A stretch of 64,000 nucleotides of DNA, from the NCBI GenBank assembly GCA_951406725.2, contig OX597817.1, positions 156,860,001 to 156,924,000 of the forward strand, written 5' to 3'. Each line of letters opens with the position of its first letter. The first letter of the stretch is position 1. Below, piece after piece: positions 50,096 through 63,644 of this stretch. Position numbers and translations under genes: made by a program. The DNA comes from Octopus vulgaris (taxonomy: Eukaryota). Below the pieces are notes generated by a model. The model did no database searches. It was given only the letters and a program-made list of their open reading frames with translations, and was not told the origin of the DNA.

Positions 50096-50131
<36 letters not shown>
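50049..50131. repeat. (TA)n/(TACA) tract ending ~40 bp upstream of the GCLC ATG
   Basis: Direct reading. Confidence 0.95.
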
Positions 50132-50169
50132 GACATATATTGTGCACAACAACCACAGGCAACAGTGTG

Positions 50170-50319
50170 ATGGGTCTTCTGTCGGAAGGGTCACCACTTT
50201 CTTGGGAAGAAACGAAAAGTTATGCTGACCACGTTCGGAAACATGGGGTGAAACAATTCATTAATCAATATAGAAAACTTAAGGATCGTCAAAAAGATGT
50301 TCTATATTGGGGAGATGAG
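50170..50319 (+). CDS. GCLC: Glutamate-cysteine ligase catalytic subunit, first coding exon (50 codons)
   Basis: MGLLSEGSPLSWEETKSYADHVRKHGVKQFINQYRKLKDRQKDVLYWGDE matches the animal GCLC N-terminus (MGLLSQGSPLSWEETK..ADHVR.HG..QF...KDR.KDVLKWGDE); consensus donor GAG|GTAAGT, phase 0. Confidence 0.97.
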
Positions 50320-52479
50320 GTAAGTACATTGCCTGTGTATCTTATAATTGCGAATGTTTGCGTATGTGAGCGTTACTGTGCGAATGTTTGCATTTCACTG
50401 TCGCCCTCCACCTCTCTATATACCATATATATATATATATATATACATATATAGATAGATAGATAGATCATGTTTGGTTACAATATTCGTGTAGTGAAGT
50501 TCTTATTAAATCTAGATTTTATTTTCGATCTCTTTTAAACAACAGCTGCAGCCACACTGTTATATATTATTGTTTACTATTACGATAAAGAAGTTTTTTG
50601 TCAGACAATCTCCTAACGGAATGTAATGTATATTTTAAAAACAATGTCACGAATTTACGTATATGGGATTCGATGTTCGTGTTTGGTGTAATCCCATTAC
50701 TTTTCCACATCGGCCCGCTGTTTTTCCATTGTGAAATGATGAGTGAAGTCGCTCCACAGATCCTGTAAAGTTCGTTACATAAGCACGAAGCATGGCGAGG
50801 ACATCGGGTCAACATGGAAGACTGTTAATCAAGTTTCCAAGTAGCTAAATTAGAAGGGTTTGTCACAACCCATGATAGAATAGGAAAGCCGAGCCAGTAA
50901 AGGAATTATATCCAGGCGCTCGACTTGCTGCCAATAGCATCCAAATTTCCCTGAAATTTGTCATAAAAAAAAGCGTAGTTTTAGATATACCGAAAGACGG
51001 GGTGGTTACGGTCAGAACTCCCATGAATGTAGATTTGCTTGATCAAGATTGAACCTGGGCGAAATAATATAAGAGAATGAAAAACTTGTACATTCTGAAT
51101 ACACATCTTTATTCCCTTTGAGGAAAATATCACCTGGAATTGAGTAGAAAGGCCATCGATATATGTTTATCGAAGTGGAAATAAGCAAGAAATGTGAATG
51201 TAAAAACGGGTCCAATGATAATAATAATAATAATAATAATAATAATGTGGCTAAATACATATAAACACCATTCAAGAACTTGCAAGTTAACACACCGATG
51301 CAATCTAGGCATTGTTGCTTGTCCTGCTACGAATAGCAATCAGACCTTTAAATCTGTCTGCTGTCATAAAGAAACGAGGACATGAGGTCTTGGGATGTGC
51401 TAGAAACAACAGCCAAATCTCTCTTAAATCACACATTTTCCTCTGAAATTATTAACAATCTTTTCTTTTTTAACCAAAAATGTTTCTCTCACGGGTTTTA
51501 AGTGGTAAAAAAAAGAAGAAGGGCCAAAATCGGTCCGGACTGGTGTGGTGAGGGAGTGAGTGGCGGGAGTGAAAAAAATTCATAAATTTTCAAGATTTTA
51601 TTCTGTTTTTCGTGAAAAGATGCCTCCCATCATTCAGAAGACTGTGCTGAGAAACAAAAAGTTGGAAAAAAAAATCTACGTCAAAACGGAGAAATTCCGA
51701 ATGTGGGCCGTCTGATCCGAAACTCCGTTTTCCAGAAAACTCCTCCCCACTTCCAAAAAATTTTGGCAACAAATTTCTTTGTAATCGTAATCTACACCAT
51801 TTGAAAGGAATTTGTGTAAAATTTCATTAAAAAATTCTCGTTTTCCTGAAAGTTATAAGGAAGAAAATGGGTCGTGTGAATTTTCCGAAAATCCTCCCCT
51901 CAACACGTCTGAAAAAATTTTTTTCTATCAAAATCTTTACACACACTCAATCTACAAAATCTAAGCGATGTCTATTTTAGTTCTGCCCATTTTTAAACAT
52001 CAAATGGCTATGGGGGTCTTGTAGAGTAAAATAGGAATTAAAGGGATCCACTGGTAAAACATGATCGAGAACCACCGTTCTGTGCGGACACCTCATAATA
52101 TTCAGTATAAACACACACTGTGATATTCTAGTCTATCGTCCCAATGTTATAAACAAACACCTAAGTTAGTACATTAACCTTTCAAGTACTGTAACACAAT
52201 TCATACAACAGCATTAACACTGCATATTTGATAGATTCATGCCCAATACTATGAAAGCCTTCCAAGTAAAACCAGAGCAGCGCTAAAACAATGTAATAAT
52301 CACACACACAAAATCCCAAAGCAGAACTTATCTGTAGCCCACACACTTCACCGAAATACGTTTTGATACCACATCCCATTATCAAATAAAAACCACTAAA
52401 TTATAACTGATTGCTGCTTTTAATACATTCACACTGAAATTTATCATCATCATAATCATCACCATTTTTACATTCAGTT

Positions 52480-53650
52480 TTTCCATGTTTATATGTGTTG
52501 CATGGGTCTTCTGTAGGACAGTTGTCATCACTGTTGTGAAGTTTAGCATTCTGAGACCAGTTTTCAACTCTTCTTCTCAGGTCTTTGTGGCCTTCCTTTT
52601 CTGCAGGCCTTCCAATTGGATCTTGCTTGACATTTCTTTACCCAAGTATCATCCTTCATGCACATCAGATGTTTGCACCAGCAGAGGTGACAGTGTCTTG
52701 TACACTACCTCTGATTCCTCTTATACCCAGTTTTTTAATCAGTTCATTTGTGCTTTGCGTTCATACATACCATCTTTACACATCTAGTTGAATATAATTA
52801 TTTCCAGCCCTTACAGATCTTCTGCATTCAACTCCCATATTTCATTACAATACAACATCACATTTTGTACACAAGCATCATACAGTCTACTCTTCACTTG
52901 CAGAGAGATTCCCTGTGTCGTCAGCATAGGTAATAGCTTCCTGAACTTTATCCATATTCTTACTTTTTTTGCATTTTTGGTACCCACCTAACTAGTAAAG
53001 AGGTTATCCAAGTAAGAACAGCTATCAGTTACTTCCATGGAGCTCTCTAAACATTTGAAAGAATTTATCTTACTGGTGCCCTTACTGTTAAATACTCCTG
53101 GGCATCTACTACATACTACTCTGTCTGCTTACTTGCAATTCCATTATCCCATTACATCTCTTGCATATATGCATTGTTTATGCTGCATACATTATATGGA
53201 ATTCCTACCTATTCTTTTTCTGCATACCAGACACTGTCACTTCTTGGATAGCTGAAGACATCTATTTTTTTTGCTAACCTAAATTTTTGCTTTCACTAGA
53301 TTTATTTTCAAGGCGTCTTGGTTCTAGGCTTTGTTTCTATGCTTGGAATTTCTTCTCTTATTCTTTGATAGATTCAGCTATGAGAACTAGGTCATTTGGT
53401 ATACATGAGTTCCCACTAACAACTAGTGTAAACTCCTCTAGAATGGCCTATAAGAAACTGGAAGGAACTAAGATCCAGTTTCTGATGGGTACCTACATAC
53501 ATGGTGAATTCCTTGCTGAGCTCATGATAGTTATCTTTGTACATGGCATACATGGTCTTCATAAGTCATTCATCTACACTTAATTTTCTTTGCAACCACC
53601 TGACTATAGAGTTTAGAACCCCGTCAAGGATCTTCTCCAACCTGGTAGAG
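52480..53650 (-). pseudogene. Heavily decayed RTE-clade reverse transcriptase
   Basis: Minus strand LEKILDGVLNSIVRWLQRKLSVDE (cf. LEKAFDRVPR..IWWALRKLGVDE), WELMY..DLVLIAES (cf. YADDLVLIAES) and EIWELNAEDL. Confidence 0.75.
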
Positions 53651-53711
53651 CGGCCTATTCTTAGCTACAATCATCATCATTATCTCTCTGTCTCTCTATG
53701 TATGTGTGTGT

Positions 53712-53757
<46 letters not shown>

Positions 53758-53767
53758 TATATATGCT

Positions 53768-54469
53768 TTTGGAATTATGCTGTGCTTGAGAAGACTTGGC
53801 AAGGCAAATGAGACCATAACCTCGCGGCCTATGCCAGGGGCGTAACCAGCACGCTTATGCGTACCTTTTCCTTTCCTTCTTTGGACACTGAACTCTGCTT
53901 GTGAAGACCTGTTGAGGCAAGTGAAATCCAAATCCAAATCAAATTCGATGACTGGCATCTGTGCTAGCGGGGGTGCAAAGAGCACCATACGAGTGTGATC
54001 GCTGACAGAGCAGCTAACCAATTTCCCTGCCAGTGGCACATAAAAGGCACCATTCGAGTATGATTGTTACCAGAGTCGCCTTACTGGCACTTGAGCCCTG
54101 TGCTAATAGGGTGCTAAGAGTACCATCTGAGCATGATCGTTGCCAGAGCGGCTAACTGGCTTCCATGCTGGTGGCATGTAAAAGGCACCATTTGAGCATC
54201 ATTGTTACCAGAATTGCCTTACTGGTACCTGTGCCGGCGGCATGTGTAAAAAGATTCGAGCGAGGTCCTTGCCAGTACTGCCTGACTGGCCCCCGTGCCG
54301 GTGGCACATAAAAGCACCTACTACACTCTCGGAGTGGTTGGCGTTAGGAAGGGCATCTAGCTGTAGAAACTCTGCCTGATGAAGAAGCCTGGTGCAGCCA
54401 TCTGGTTTGCCAGCCCTCAGTCAAATCGTCCAACCCATGCTAGCATGGAAAGCAGACGTTAAGCGATGA

Positions 54470-54473
<4 letters not shown>
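53768..54473 (+). mobile_element. Family E retroposon (RTE-like tail, internal degenerate tandem repeats)
   Basis: GGAGTGGTTGGCGTTAGGAAGGGCATC motif; CCATGCTAGCATGG stem and (GAT)n tail. Confidence 0.75.
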
Positions 54474-54503
<30 letters not shown>

Positions 54504-54742
54504 ATACACACACACACACACATACATACATATATATATATATGTGTTTGTCCTGCACCACCACTTGACAACCAGTGTGTTCAGATCCCTGTAATTTAGC
54601 AGTTTGGCAAAAGGGACTAATACAATAAATACCAAGCTTAAAAAAATAACTTATGGGGTTGATGTATTCAACAAAAAATTCTTTAAGGTGATCCCTAGAA
54701 TGACCGCCGTCTAATGACTGAAACAAGTAGGTATTTGCTTCA

Positions 54743-55092
54743 TTCAGTCCCACTGCGTGGCACCTTGGGCAAGTGTCTTCTACTATAGCCTCGGGCCGAC
54801 CAAAGCCTTTTGAGTGAATTTGGTAGACGGAAACTGAAAGAAGCCCGTCGTATATATGTATATATATGTATGTTTGTGTGTCTGTTTGTCCCCCTAGCAT
54901 TGCTTGACAACCGATGCTGGTGTGTTTATGTCCCTGTCACTTAGCGGTTCGGCAAAAGAGACCAATAGAATAAGTACTGGGCTTACAAAAGAATAAGTCC
55001 CGGGGTCGAGTTGCTCGATTAAAGTCGGTGCACCAGCATGGCCGCAGTCAAAATGACTGAAACAAGTAAAAAAAAAAAAAAAGTAAAAAGAG
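54743..55092 (+). mobile_element. SINE family A, 5'-truncated, after another 3' fragment (~54545-54727)
   Basis: Homology to 1814-2224. Confidence 0.85.
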
Positions 55093-55145
55093 AAAAAAAG
55101 AGATATATAAATATACATATGTAATTATATATACGTATACATACA

Positions 55146-55191
<46 letters not shown>

Positions 55192-55197
55192 TACACA

Positions 55198-55380
55198 ATG
55201 ATAGATCACTAGCCACTAAACCTTTTTCTATTTTCTCTCCCTGTTAATTTCTGTGTTCCTTTCTGTCAAAGAGCGTACGCTCAAAACGTAAACGACTTTC
55301 TCATCCCGAGCATTAAACCAATATATCTGTTTGATGTTTACACACACATCTTCGTCTTTTCTTTTTTTATCAATTCTCAC
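55198..55380 (+). mobile_element. Penelope-like cassette with a degenerate minimal hammerhead (55259-55294), in (TA)n
   Basis: Homologous to ~35225-35422: CTTT-CTGTCAA-A-GAGC-GTAC-GCTC-AAAAC-GTA-AACG. Confidence 0.5.
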
Positions 55381-55628
55381 TATATATATATACACATACA
55401 TATGTATATACGTATATATACATACATATGTATATACATACATACATACATATATATATATACATATATACATACATATGTATATATACATACATATATC
55501 TATACATATACATACATATGTATATATATATATATATATATATACATACATATATACATACTTACGTATATAAATATATATAAATACATATATATATATA
55601 CATACACACACACATACAGACCTATGTG

Positions 55629-55667
<39 letters not shown>

Positions 55668-55726
55668 CTATATATATACATATGTTTATATATATATGTA
55701 TATACATCCATACATACATGTACATA

Positions 55727-55776
<50 letters not shown>

Positions 55777-55787
55777 TATATATATAT
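55381..55787. repeat. (TA/TACA)n microsatellite
   Basis: Direct reading. Confidence 0.95.
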
Positions 55788-55824
55788 TGGAAGGTTTGGA
55801 GATGATGTACAGGTATTATATATT

Positions 55825-56157
55825 CGCCAGCCTCGTCTGGCACCTGTGTTGGTGACACATAAGAAAACACCATCCGAGCGTGGCCGTCTGCCAGCCTCGT
55901 CTGGCACCTGTGTCGGTGGCACATAAAAAACACCATCCGAGCGTGGCCGTCTGCCAGCCTCGTCTGGCACCTGTGTCGGTGGCACATAAAATCACCCACT
56001 ACACTCTCGGAGTGGTTGGCGCTAGGAAGGGCATCCAGCTGTAGAAACACTGCCACATCTGACTGGCCTGGTGCAGCCTTCGGGCTTCCCAGACCCCAGT
56101 TGAACCGTCCAACCCATGCTAGCATGGAAAGCGGACGTTAAATGATGATGATGATGA

Positions 56158-56160
<3 letters not shown>
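55825..56160 (+). mobile_element. Family E retroposon with ~62-bp internal tandem repeats
   Basis: CACCATCCGAGCGTGGCCGTCTGCCAGCCTCGTCTGGCACCTGTGTCGGTGGCACATAA repeats; (GAT)n tail; nearly identical to 58215-58614. Confidence 0.8.
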
Positions 56161-56219
<59 letters not shown>

Positions 56220-56402
56220 GTATGTATATATACATATGTATGTATATATACATATGTATGTATATATACATATGTATGTATATATATGCATATATACATA
56301 CATATATGTACAAACATACATATGTATGTATACATATATGTACGTAGATATGTATGTATATATATTGTGGGTATATATATATATATATATATGTATTGTC
56401 AT

Positions 56403-57048
56403 TATCATCATCATCATCATTGTCGTTTAACGACCGCTTTCCATGCTGGCATGGGTTGGAAGGTTTGACCGAGGACTGGCGAGCCAGAAGGCTGCACCAG
56501 GTTCCCATCTGATCTGGCAAAGTTTCTACAGCTGGATTCCCTTCCTAACGCCTAGAACCCTGGGAGCGTAGTGGGTGCTTTTACATGCCACCGGCACGAG
56601 GGCCAGTCAGCCAGTTCCGTCAGCAATCACACTCAGAAGGTTGTTTTTTTACGTGCTACATGCACAGGAGCTAGTCCGACCACACTCGAATGTTGTTTTT
56701 TACATGCCACTAGTACATGTGCTAGTAAGGCGACGCTGGCAAAGATCATGCTCGAATGGCGCTTTTTATATTCCACCAGCATGAGAGCCAATCGGCGACC
56801 CTGGCAACGATCACGCTCGGTTGGTGCTTTCTATGTTCCACTGGCACGAGTGCCAATCAGGCGGTACTGTCATCTGCTACGTCAGTGATTTTGATTTTTA
56901 TTTCACTTGCCTGAATAGGTCTTCACAAGCAAAGTTTATTGTCCAATGAATGAGGGGTACTCATAAGTGGGCTGGTTACACCCACTAGCATAGGCCACAG
57001 GCTTGTCAGGTCTTCTCAAGCACAGCATATCTCGAAAGGTCTCGGTCA
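56403..57048 (-). mobile_element. Family E retroposon
   Basis: Reverse-complement homology to 53768-54473. Confidence 0.75.
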
Positions 57049-57065
57049 CTATATATATATATTTC

Positions 57066-57456
57066 GTGTGGTAAGTAGCTTGCTTACCAACCACATGGTT
57101 CCGGGTTCAGTCCCACTGTGTGGCATCTTGGGCAAGTGTCTTCTGCTATAGTCTCGGGCCGACCAATGCCTTGTGAGTGGATTTGGTAGACGAAAACTGA
57201 AAGAAGCCTGTCGTGTATATGTATATATATATGTGTGTGTATGTGTTTGTGTGTCTGTGTTTGTCCCCCTAGCATTGCTTGACAACCGATGCTGGTGTGT
57301 TTACATCCCCGTCACTTAGTGGTTTGGCAAAAGAGACCGATAGAATAAGTACTGGGCTTACAAAGAATAAGTCCCGGGGTCGATTTGCTTGACTAAAGGC
57401 GGTGCTCCAGCATGGCCACAGTCAAATGACTGAAACAAGTAAAACAGTAAAAGAGT
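57066..57456 (+). mobile_element. SINE family A
   Basis: Homology to 1814-2224. Confidence 0.85.
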
Positions 57457-57599
57457 ATATCATATACATATATATTGTATATATATATATATATATATAA
57501 TATATAATAATAATAATAAAAGGGTAAAATTAATGAATTATCAATTAATTTTCACCAATTAATTATTAATTAATTTTACCCTTATATATATATATATCG

Positions 57600-58107
<508 letters not shown>

Positions 58108-58142
58108 GATTTATATTTATATATATATATATATATATATAT

Positions 58143-58175
<33 letters not shown>

Positions 58176-58214
58176 TTGTATACATATATATGTATATATA
58201 TATATATATATATA

Positions 58215-58614
58215 TAGCCAGTACCGCAATGACTGGCCTCCGTGCTGAGGGCACGTAACAAACACCATCCGAGCGTGGCCGTCCGCCAGCCTCGTCTGGC
58301 ACCTGTGTCGGTGACACATAAGAAAACACCATCCGAGCGTGGCCGTCTGCCAGCCTCGTCTGGCACCTGTGTCGGTGGCACATAAAAAACACCATCCGAG
58401 CGTGGCCGTCTGCCAGCCTCGTCTGGCACCTGTGTCGGTGGCACATAAAATCACCCACTACACTCTCGGAGTGTTTGGCGTTAGGAAGGGCATCCAGCTG
58501 TAGAAACACTGCCAGATCTGACTGGCCTGGTGCAGCCTTCGGGCTTCCCAGACCCCAGTTGAACCGTCCAACCCATGCTAGCATGGAAAGCGGACGTTAA
58601 ACGATGATGATGAT
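58215..58614 (+). mobile_element. Family E retroposon with three internal repeats
   Basis: As 55825-56160; further family E copies at 58930-59145 (-), 59670-60090 (+) and 62743-62782 (+). Confidence 0.8.
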
Positions 58615-58900
58615 AAGAAAAATCTTTTTCGCCAATTGATATTTTATTTTATTTAGATTTTTAGTTGCATGACACACTTTAGAATTTTTAGTCGATTGTA
58701 TAAACCTTCCTGATAGACCGTTCTATATAACTATATTATTATTTGCATATATTTCTTTTACCTTCTGTGATTTTTTATATATGTATTCTTTATATGTTGG
58801 AAGGCCTTGGAAATATTTATATATGATCAAATGTCTGGAGGCGTGGTGTTATGCAGAAAGTCGTTGACTCGAATTTGATGTTTCTTCTGATCAATGTTCT

Positions 58901-58931
<31 letters not shown>

Positions 58932-59475
58932 CATCATCATCGTTTAACATCCATTTTCCTTGCTAGCATGGGTTGAACGGTTTGACTGAGGACTGGTGAA
59001 CTAGTTGGCTGCACCAGGCTCCAATCTGATCTGGCAGAGTTTCTACAGCTTGATGCCCTATCTAATGCCAACCACTCCGTGAGTGTAGTGGGTGCTTTTA
59101 CATGTGCCTTCAGTACAAGGGCCAGTCAGTCGGTCCTGGCAACGGCCACACACACACATATATATGTAATGAAGCTAACAAAATGTTAGAAAGATATTTA
59201 AAGGTAATCATAAGCATGTGCCTGTTCAAAAATTCAATTGCATCCTCTGAGATCTTTTTCATCCCTAACTTTTTTCTCTCCTCTTCCATGTTCTTCGCCA
59301 GTTTATCTGCATATTCAATTTCTTTTTATATGTTTATATTTATTTTAATAATTTAGCAAAATCTTTTGTTTCCAAAGCTGTTTCAGTGACTATCTAGCCA
59401 TAGAGCATGACAGAAACGCTTGAGGTTGTGTACAAACATTGTAAGACCATTTACTTGTATGTTGTAAATTGTGTG

Positions 59476-59512
<37 letters not shown>

Positions 59513-59609
59513 ACAACAAATACAAGAAAATCATTTCTTTATTTAAGATCTCACAATTATTTAAAAATGCAATTGTTTCAATTACATTAACACACACACA
59601 CACACACAC

Positions 59610-59650
<41 letters not shown>

Positions 59651-60309
59651 ACCTACATAAAGAAGATCTCTTGAACGGGTCCTCATGGAGGCGAAGTGGC
59701 TGAGTTCTTCTCAAGCCTGATGGAGGCAAAGTGGCTGAATTCCTCTCAAGCGTTGGGCCTCATTCACAGTGGCAATGACCAAGACCTTTGGCATTATGTC
59801 GTGGTTGAGAAGATCCATTAAGCTGAGCAAAATCATAGTCATGGCAGATACCAGTGTCATTCAAATTGGCACCCATGCTGGTGGTACTCCGGTGTCACGC
59901 AAATGGCACCCATGCCTGTGGTATGTAAAAGCACCCATTACTCTCTTGGAGTGGTTGGTGTTAGGAAGGGCATCCAGTCATAGAAAACCATACCAAATCA
60001 GACTGGAGTCTAGTGCAGCATGCCAGCCCAGTCCAACTGCCCAACCCATGCCAGCATGGACAGCGGATGTTAAATGCTGCTGTTGTTGTTAAGCAACAAG
60101 ACGGGTAAGGGTGATTAGGTGATGGTCTAGGGCTTAGGGGCGGGAGATCCCAGACCTTGGAAAAAAAGAAAAAACTTTGGTCGTCTTGTTGTAGTCGAGG
60201 GCTCTTCATTGACGCCCGACACCACTGGGAGGTGGCCCTCGAAGTCGCTGGAAATGGAGATCTCCAGGTCCAAATTCTTGAATGGCTGCTGTTGCTGCTG
60301 CTGCTGATG

Positions 60310-60372
<63 letters not shown>

Positions 60373-61519
60373 TCTTAGCATGTGTATTTTTGCACCTGTT
60401 ATGTTTGTTGCTAGATGCATATTGTTGGATTGTATGTGGTAAAATCTGTTAGGTAAGGAATTTTACTTGTTACCAAGTTGTAAGACTTCTCGAATTCAAT
60501 AGCGGAATTAATGTGACATTATTGTAGATGACTGTAGTGGTCATGTTGTGTTTATTGTTTCTGGTGACCTTATATTTGATGTTACTTGGAATCTGTATCT
60601 ATTCCTGACAGGTGAGTAGGTCCAAAGCTGAATTATTTTCTTTACCATTATTAAGAATTCCTGAAACCGTTACTACATCTGCATATTACCTTTTGAGGTA
60701 AGTGGAGCGTGAAAGCGAGGTAGACCAAGGAAAAGTTAGAGGGGACAGGTAGAGGAGGAGATTGGAAGGGTTGGTGTGAAAAAGGAGGATGCCCCAAACT
60801 GGGCAAGATGACAAGATGGTGTGAAGGCAGTTGCTATGGCATTGAAGTAGATCCAGCCACCCCCATTAACAGGGACAAAACTGGATGATGATGATGGGAG
60901 CAGATGATGTGCATTTTAAACCCTTCAGATGCATGTTTGTGCATCTAGTGTTCAGATTAAGATTTACATTTTCTCTCATTGCTGATGATGGCCTGTGAAC
61001 CATTCAGTTCCTTGAGTAGCTTTTCCTGCGCCCTTGTGAGTTTTGTTGAAGAGTAGTTACCCCATTTTTCATAACTCTGACAGGGCTTGGGATGAGCAAA
61101 CTGTCAGGTTTTTCTATGCTTTCTGGTACCTTTTAAATAGAACCTACAGGTGATTTGTGCACCATCATTTATGCTTCCAGTATTTTATACACCTGGCTTT
61201 GTTTTGGGATGAGCAGGTTCATTCACTTCTATTGTTTTTGATGTGTTGGGTTGGATTAGTAGTTTTTTTGTCTTGCTTATTCATATTTCTAACTTTGCTC
61301 TTCCATAGAACTTTTGCTGGTGGTACAGAGTTCTCTGTATTTTGGCCTTCTTCATATTTCATGATGCCATCTGGTAGGTTTTGTCTGATAAGGCTTGATA
61401 AGTACCTTAAGAATGTGTAAATTTGCATTTTTTTCTCTCAATTTGTGTCATCAATCTGCAGTATTCTTAACTTTTGAGGATCTCTGAAAATAAGTTTTAG
61501 ATAGATATTATTCTGCCTT

Positions 61520-61829
61520 GTGGCGGTGCAATGGCCCAGTGGTTAGGGCAGCGGACTCATGGTCATAGGATTGCAGTTTTGATTCCCAAACCAGGCGTTT
61601 TGAGTGTTTATTGAGCAAAAACACCCAAAGCTCCACGAGGCTCCGGCAGGGTGGGGTGGCGATCCCTGCTGTAATCTTTCGCCACAACTTTCTCTCACTC
61701 TTTCTTCTGTTGGCCTGCTCGCTTAGCCAGCGGTGTGGCATCATTTGAAGGCTAAAAACAATGCTAAGCGCACTGTGACCAACGATGTGTAGCAACATCT
61801 GATAGCCTGGTCGGTCATGTGATCGCGTG
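61520..61829 (+). mobile_element. SINE family C with RTE-derived tail c
   Basis: Family C head; tail ..CTGTGACCA..CTGGTCGGTCATGTGATCGCGTGAT; TSD ATTATTCTGCCTT. Confidence 0.88.
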
Positions 61830-61916
61830 ATTATTCTGCCTTAATCCATGAACCTGTCAGTTTCTTATCACTAATTTGTTACTGTTATTATGATTTGTTA
61901 TTTTCCCTTTCTTGGT

Positions 61917-62116
61917 TGCCTTAAAATTAATATCTGCTTCTCTGCCTTAAAATTAATATCTGCTTCTCTGCCTTAAAATTAATATCTGCTTCTCTGCCTT
62001 AAAATTAATATCTGCTTCTCTGCCTTAAAATTAATATCTGCTTCTCTGCCTTAAAATTGATATCTGCTTCTCTGCCTTAAAATTAATATCTGCTTCTCTG
62101 CCTTAAAATTAATATC
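61917..62116. repeat. 26-bp minisatellite, ~7.7 copies
   Basis: Unit TGCCTTAAAATTAATATCTGCTTCTC, near-perfect. Confidence 0.95.
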
Positions 62117-62803
62117 ATAACTGTAAATATCTAATATCTGTTGTCCCTACATGTAGGATTAACAGTAGAAGACAGTGAGGTGGTAATTGTGGCAGATGTT
62201 TTATAATAATCTAATTTATGACTATTAATACAGGTGTGTTGTGAGAGAGAGAGAGAGATCACTTTGCTGCATGTAAAGAGAACACATAAATCTCTGTATT
62301 CTGTTGTGCAAATAAATTTCCATGTGACACTAACTTTACATTAGGTTGTTGTTTAGCTCCCGGTCAGCCATGATTCAGCAGACATATGATCACAGGCTCT
62401 CTAGCCTTGACCACCCTGTCTTTTTTTTTTTCTTTGAGATATAATTTAACAAGGGCTGTATTATCAAATGTATCCTTCTGGGTGATCAATTAGGCTCAAT
62501 AACTTTATGGTTAGATAATGCAGTTGAATCTTCTTACTCAACTCATTTACTAATGTTACCAGGAATGTGGATTAAGCAAATCCAAAGGCCCAGAAAGCAT
62601 TAAAAATAATTACATTAGCTATCAAGCTGTTGGACTGATAACCAAATGAATGTTGATTTGATTATAAAAGGGTAATTAGCTATGAAGTTACTTTATCAAT
62701 GAATAGGGAATTGTGGACCAAATCTCTCTTTCTCTCTCTCCACCCATGCTAGCATGGAAAATGGACATTAAACGATAATGATATATATGTGTGTGTGTGT
62801 ATA

Positions 62804-63215
62804 TCTCTTATTATAAAAGGCAGATTTTATCTGCCTCCCTTTGGGAGTTATACAAATCTACAATATAGGATTTCTTCAATTACAATTTACCTACCATTTT
62901 TGAGAGTACAATGCATCGCGTCATGCCAGGTCCAGTTTTTAAAATTTAAACTCCAATTAAGCAAAATTTACAGAAAACTCACATTCTGGTGTGTGTGTCA
63001 AATGCTTTTCTTAGTCTGGTTTACACCACACGCAAACGCACACACACAGTGGGCAACGAATAAAATGAAAGTAAATAGCGACAGTGATTTGAGGAAGACT
63101 AAAGTGAAAGTATTCTGTCTATGACGCTGATAGACACATGAGTAAAATGTATGGGAAGCTAAGAGCTAAGAGTGAGTGAAAATGTTCTTGGAAGAGAGTA
63201 ATTAGTAATAAAGTA
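62804..63215 (+). mobile_element. 5' part of a Helitron (family of 30869-31216)
   Basis: A|TCTCTTATTATAAAAGGCAGATTTTATCTGCCTCCC is shared with 30869; no 3' hairpin or CTAG seen. Confidence 0.6.
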
Positions 63216-63216
63216 A

Positions 63217-63292
63217 ACATACACTCATACATACATACATACATACATACATACATACATACATACATACATACATACATACATACATACAT

Positions 63293-63323
<31 letters not shown>

Positions 63324-63544
63324 TACACACACACATACATACACACACATACATACACACATACATACATACATACATATACATACATACATACATATAC
63401 ATACATACATACACACACACACATACACACACACACAGTATTGAAGCTTGAGAACAATCAGATACATTTGCAACACATCTGTTGAAAATATTATTGTTCA
63501 CACACATACATATACATATATACATACAGACAGACAGACAGATA

Positions 63545-63588
<44 letters not shown>
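63217..63588. repeat. (TACA/CA)n microsatellites
   Basis: Direct reading. Confidence 0.92.
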
Positions 63589-63590
<2 letters not shown>

Positions 63591-63644
63591 ATCCAGCATG
63601 GCCACAACCTCAAGGCTGAAACATATAAAAGAATAACAGAATAT

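Noticed and set aside
50140-50454. 104-aa single-exon ORF
   Set aside because: The real start is ATG 50170; homology ends at the GTAAGT donor and the remainder is intron read-through.
52787-52830. GTT GAA TAT (VEY) as GCLC exon 2
   Set aside because: The AG overlaps the Val codon so the phase is wrong, downstream residues do not resemble GCLC, and it lies in an antisense RTE relic.
60940-61500. Possible R4-like LINE N-terminal relic (minus strand)
   Set aside because: Only faint resemblance and no diagnostic motif, so not listed as a feature.
62370-62380. ARE-like ATGATTCAGCA in the GCLC intron
   Set aside because: Single imperfect site inside what appears to be an old dispersed repeat; expected by chance.
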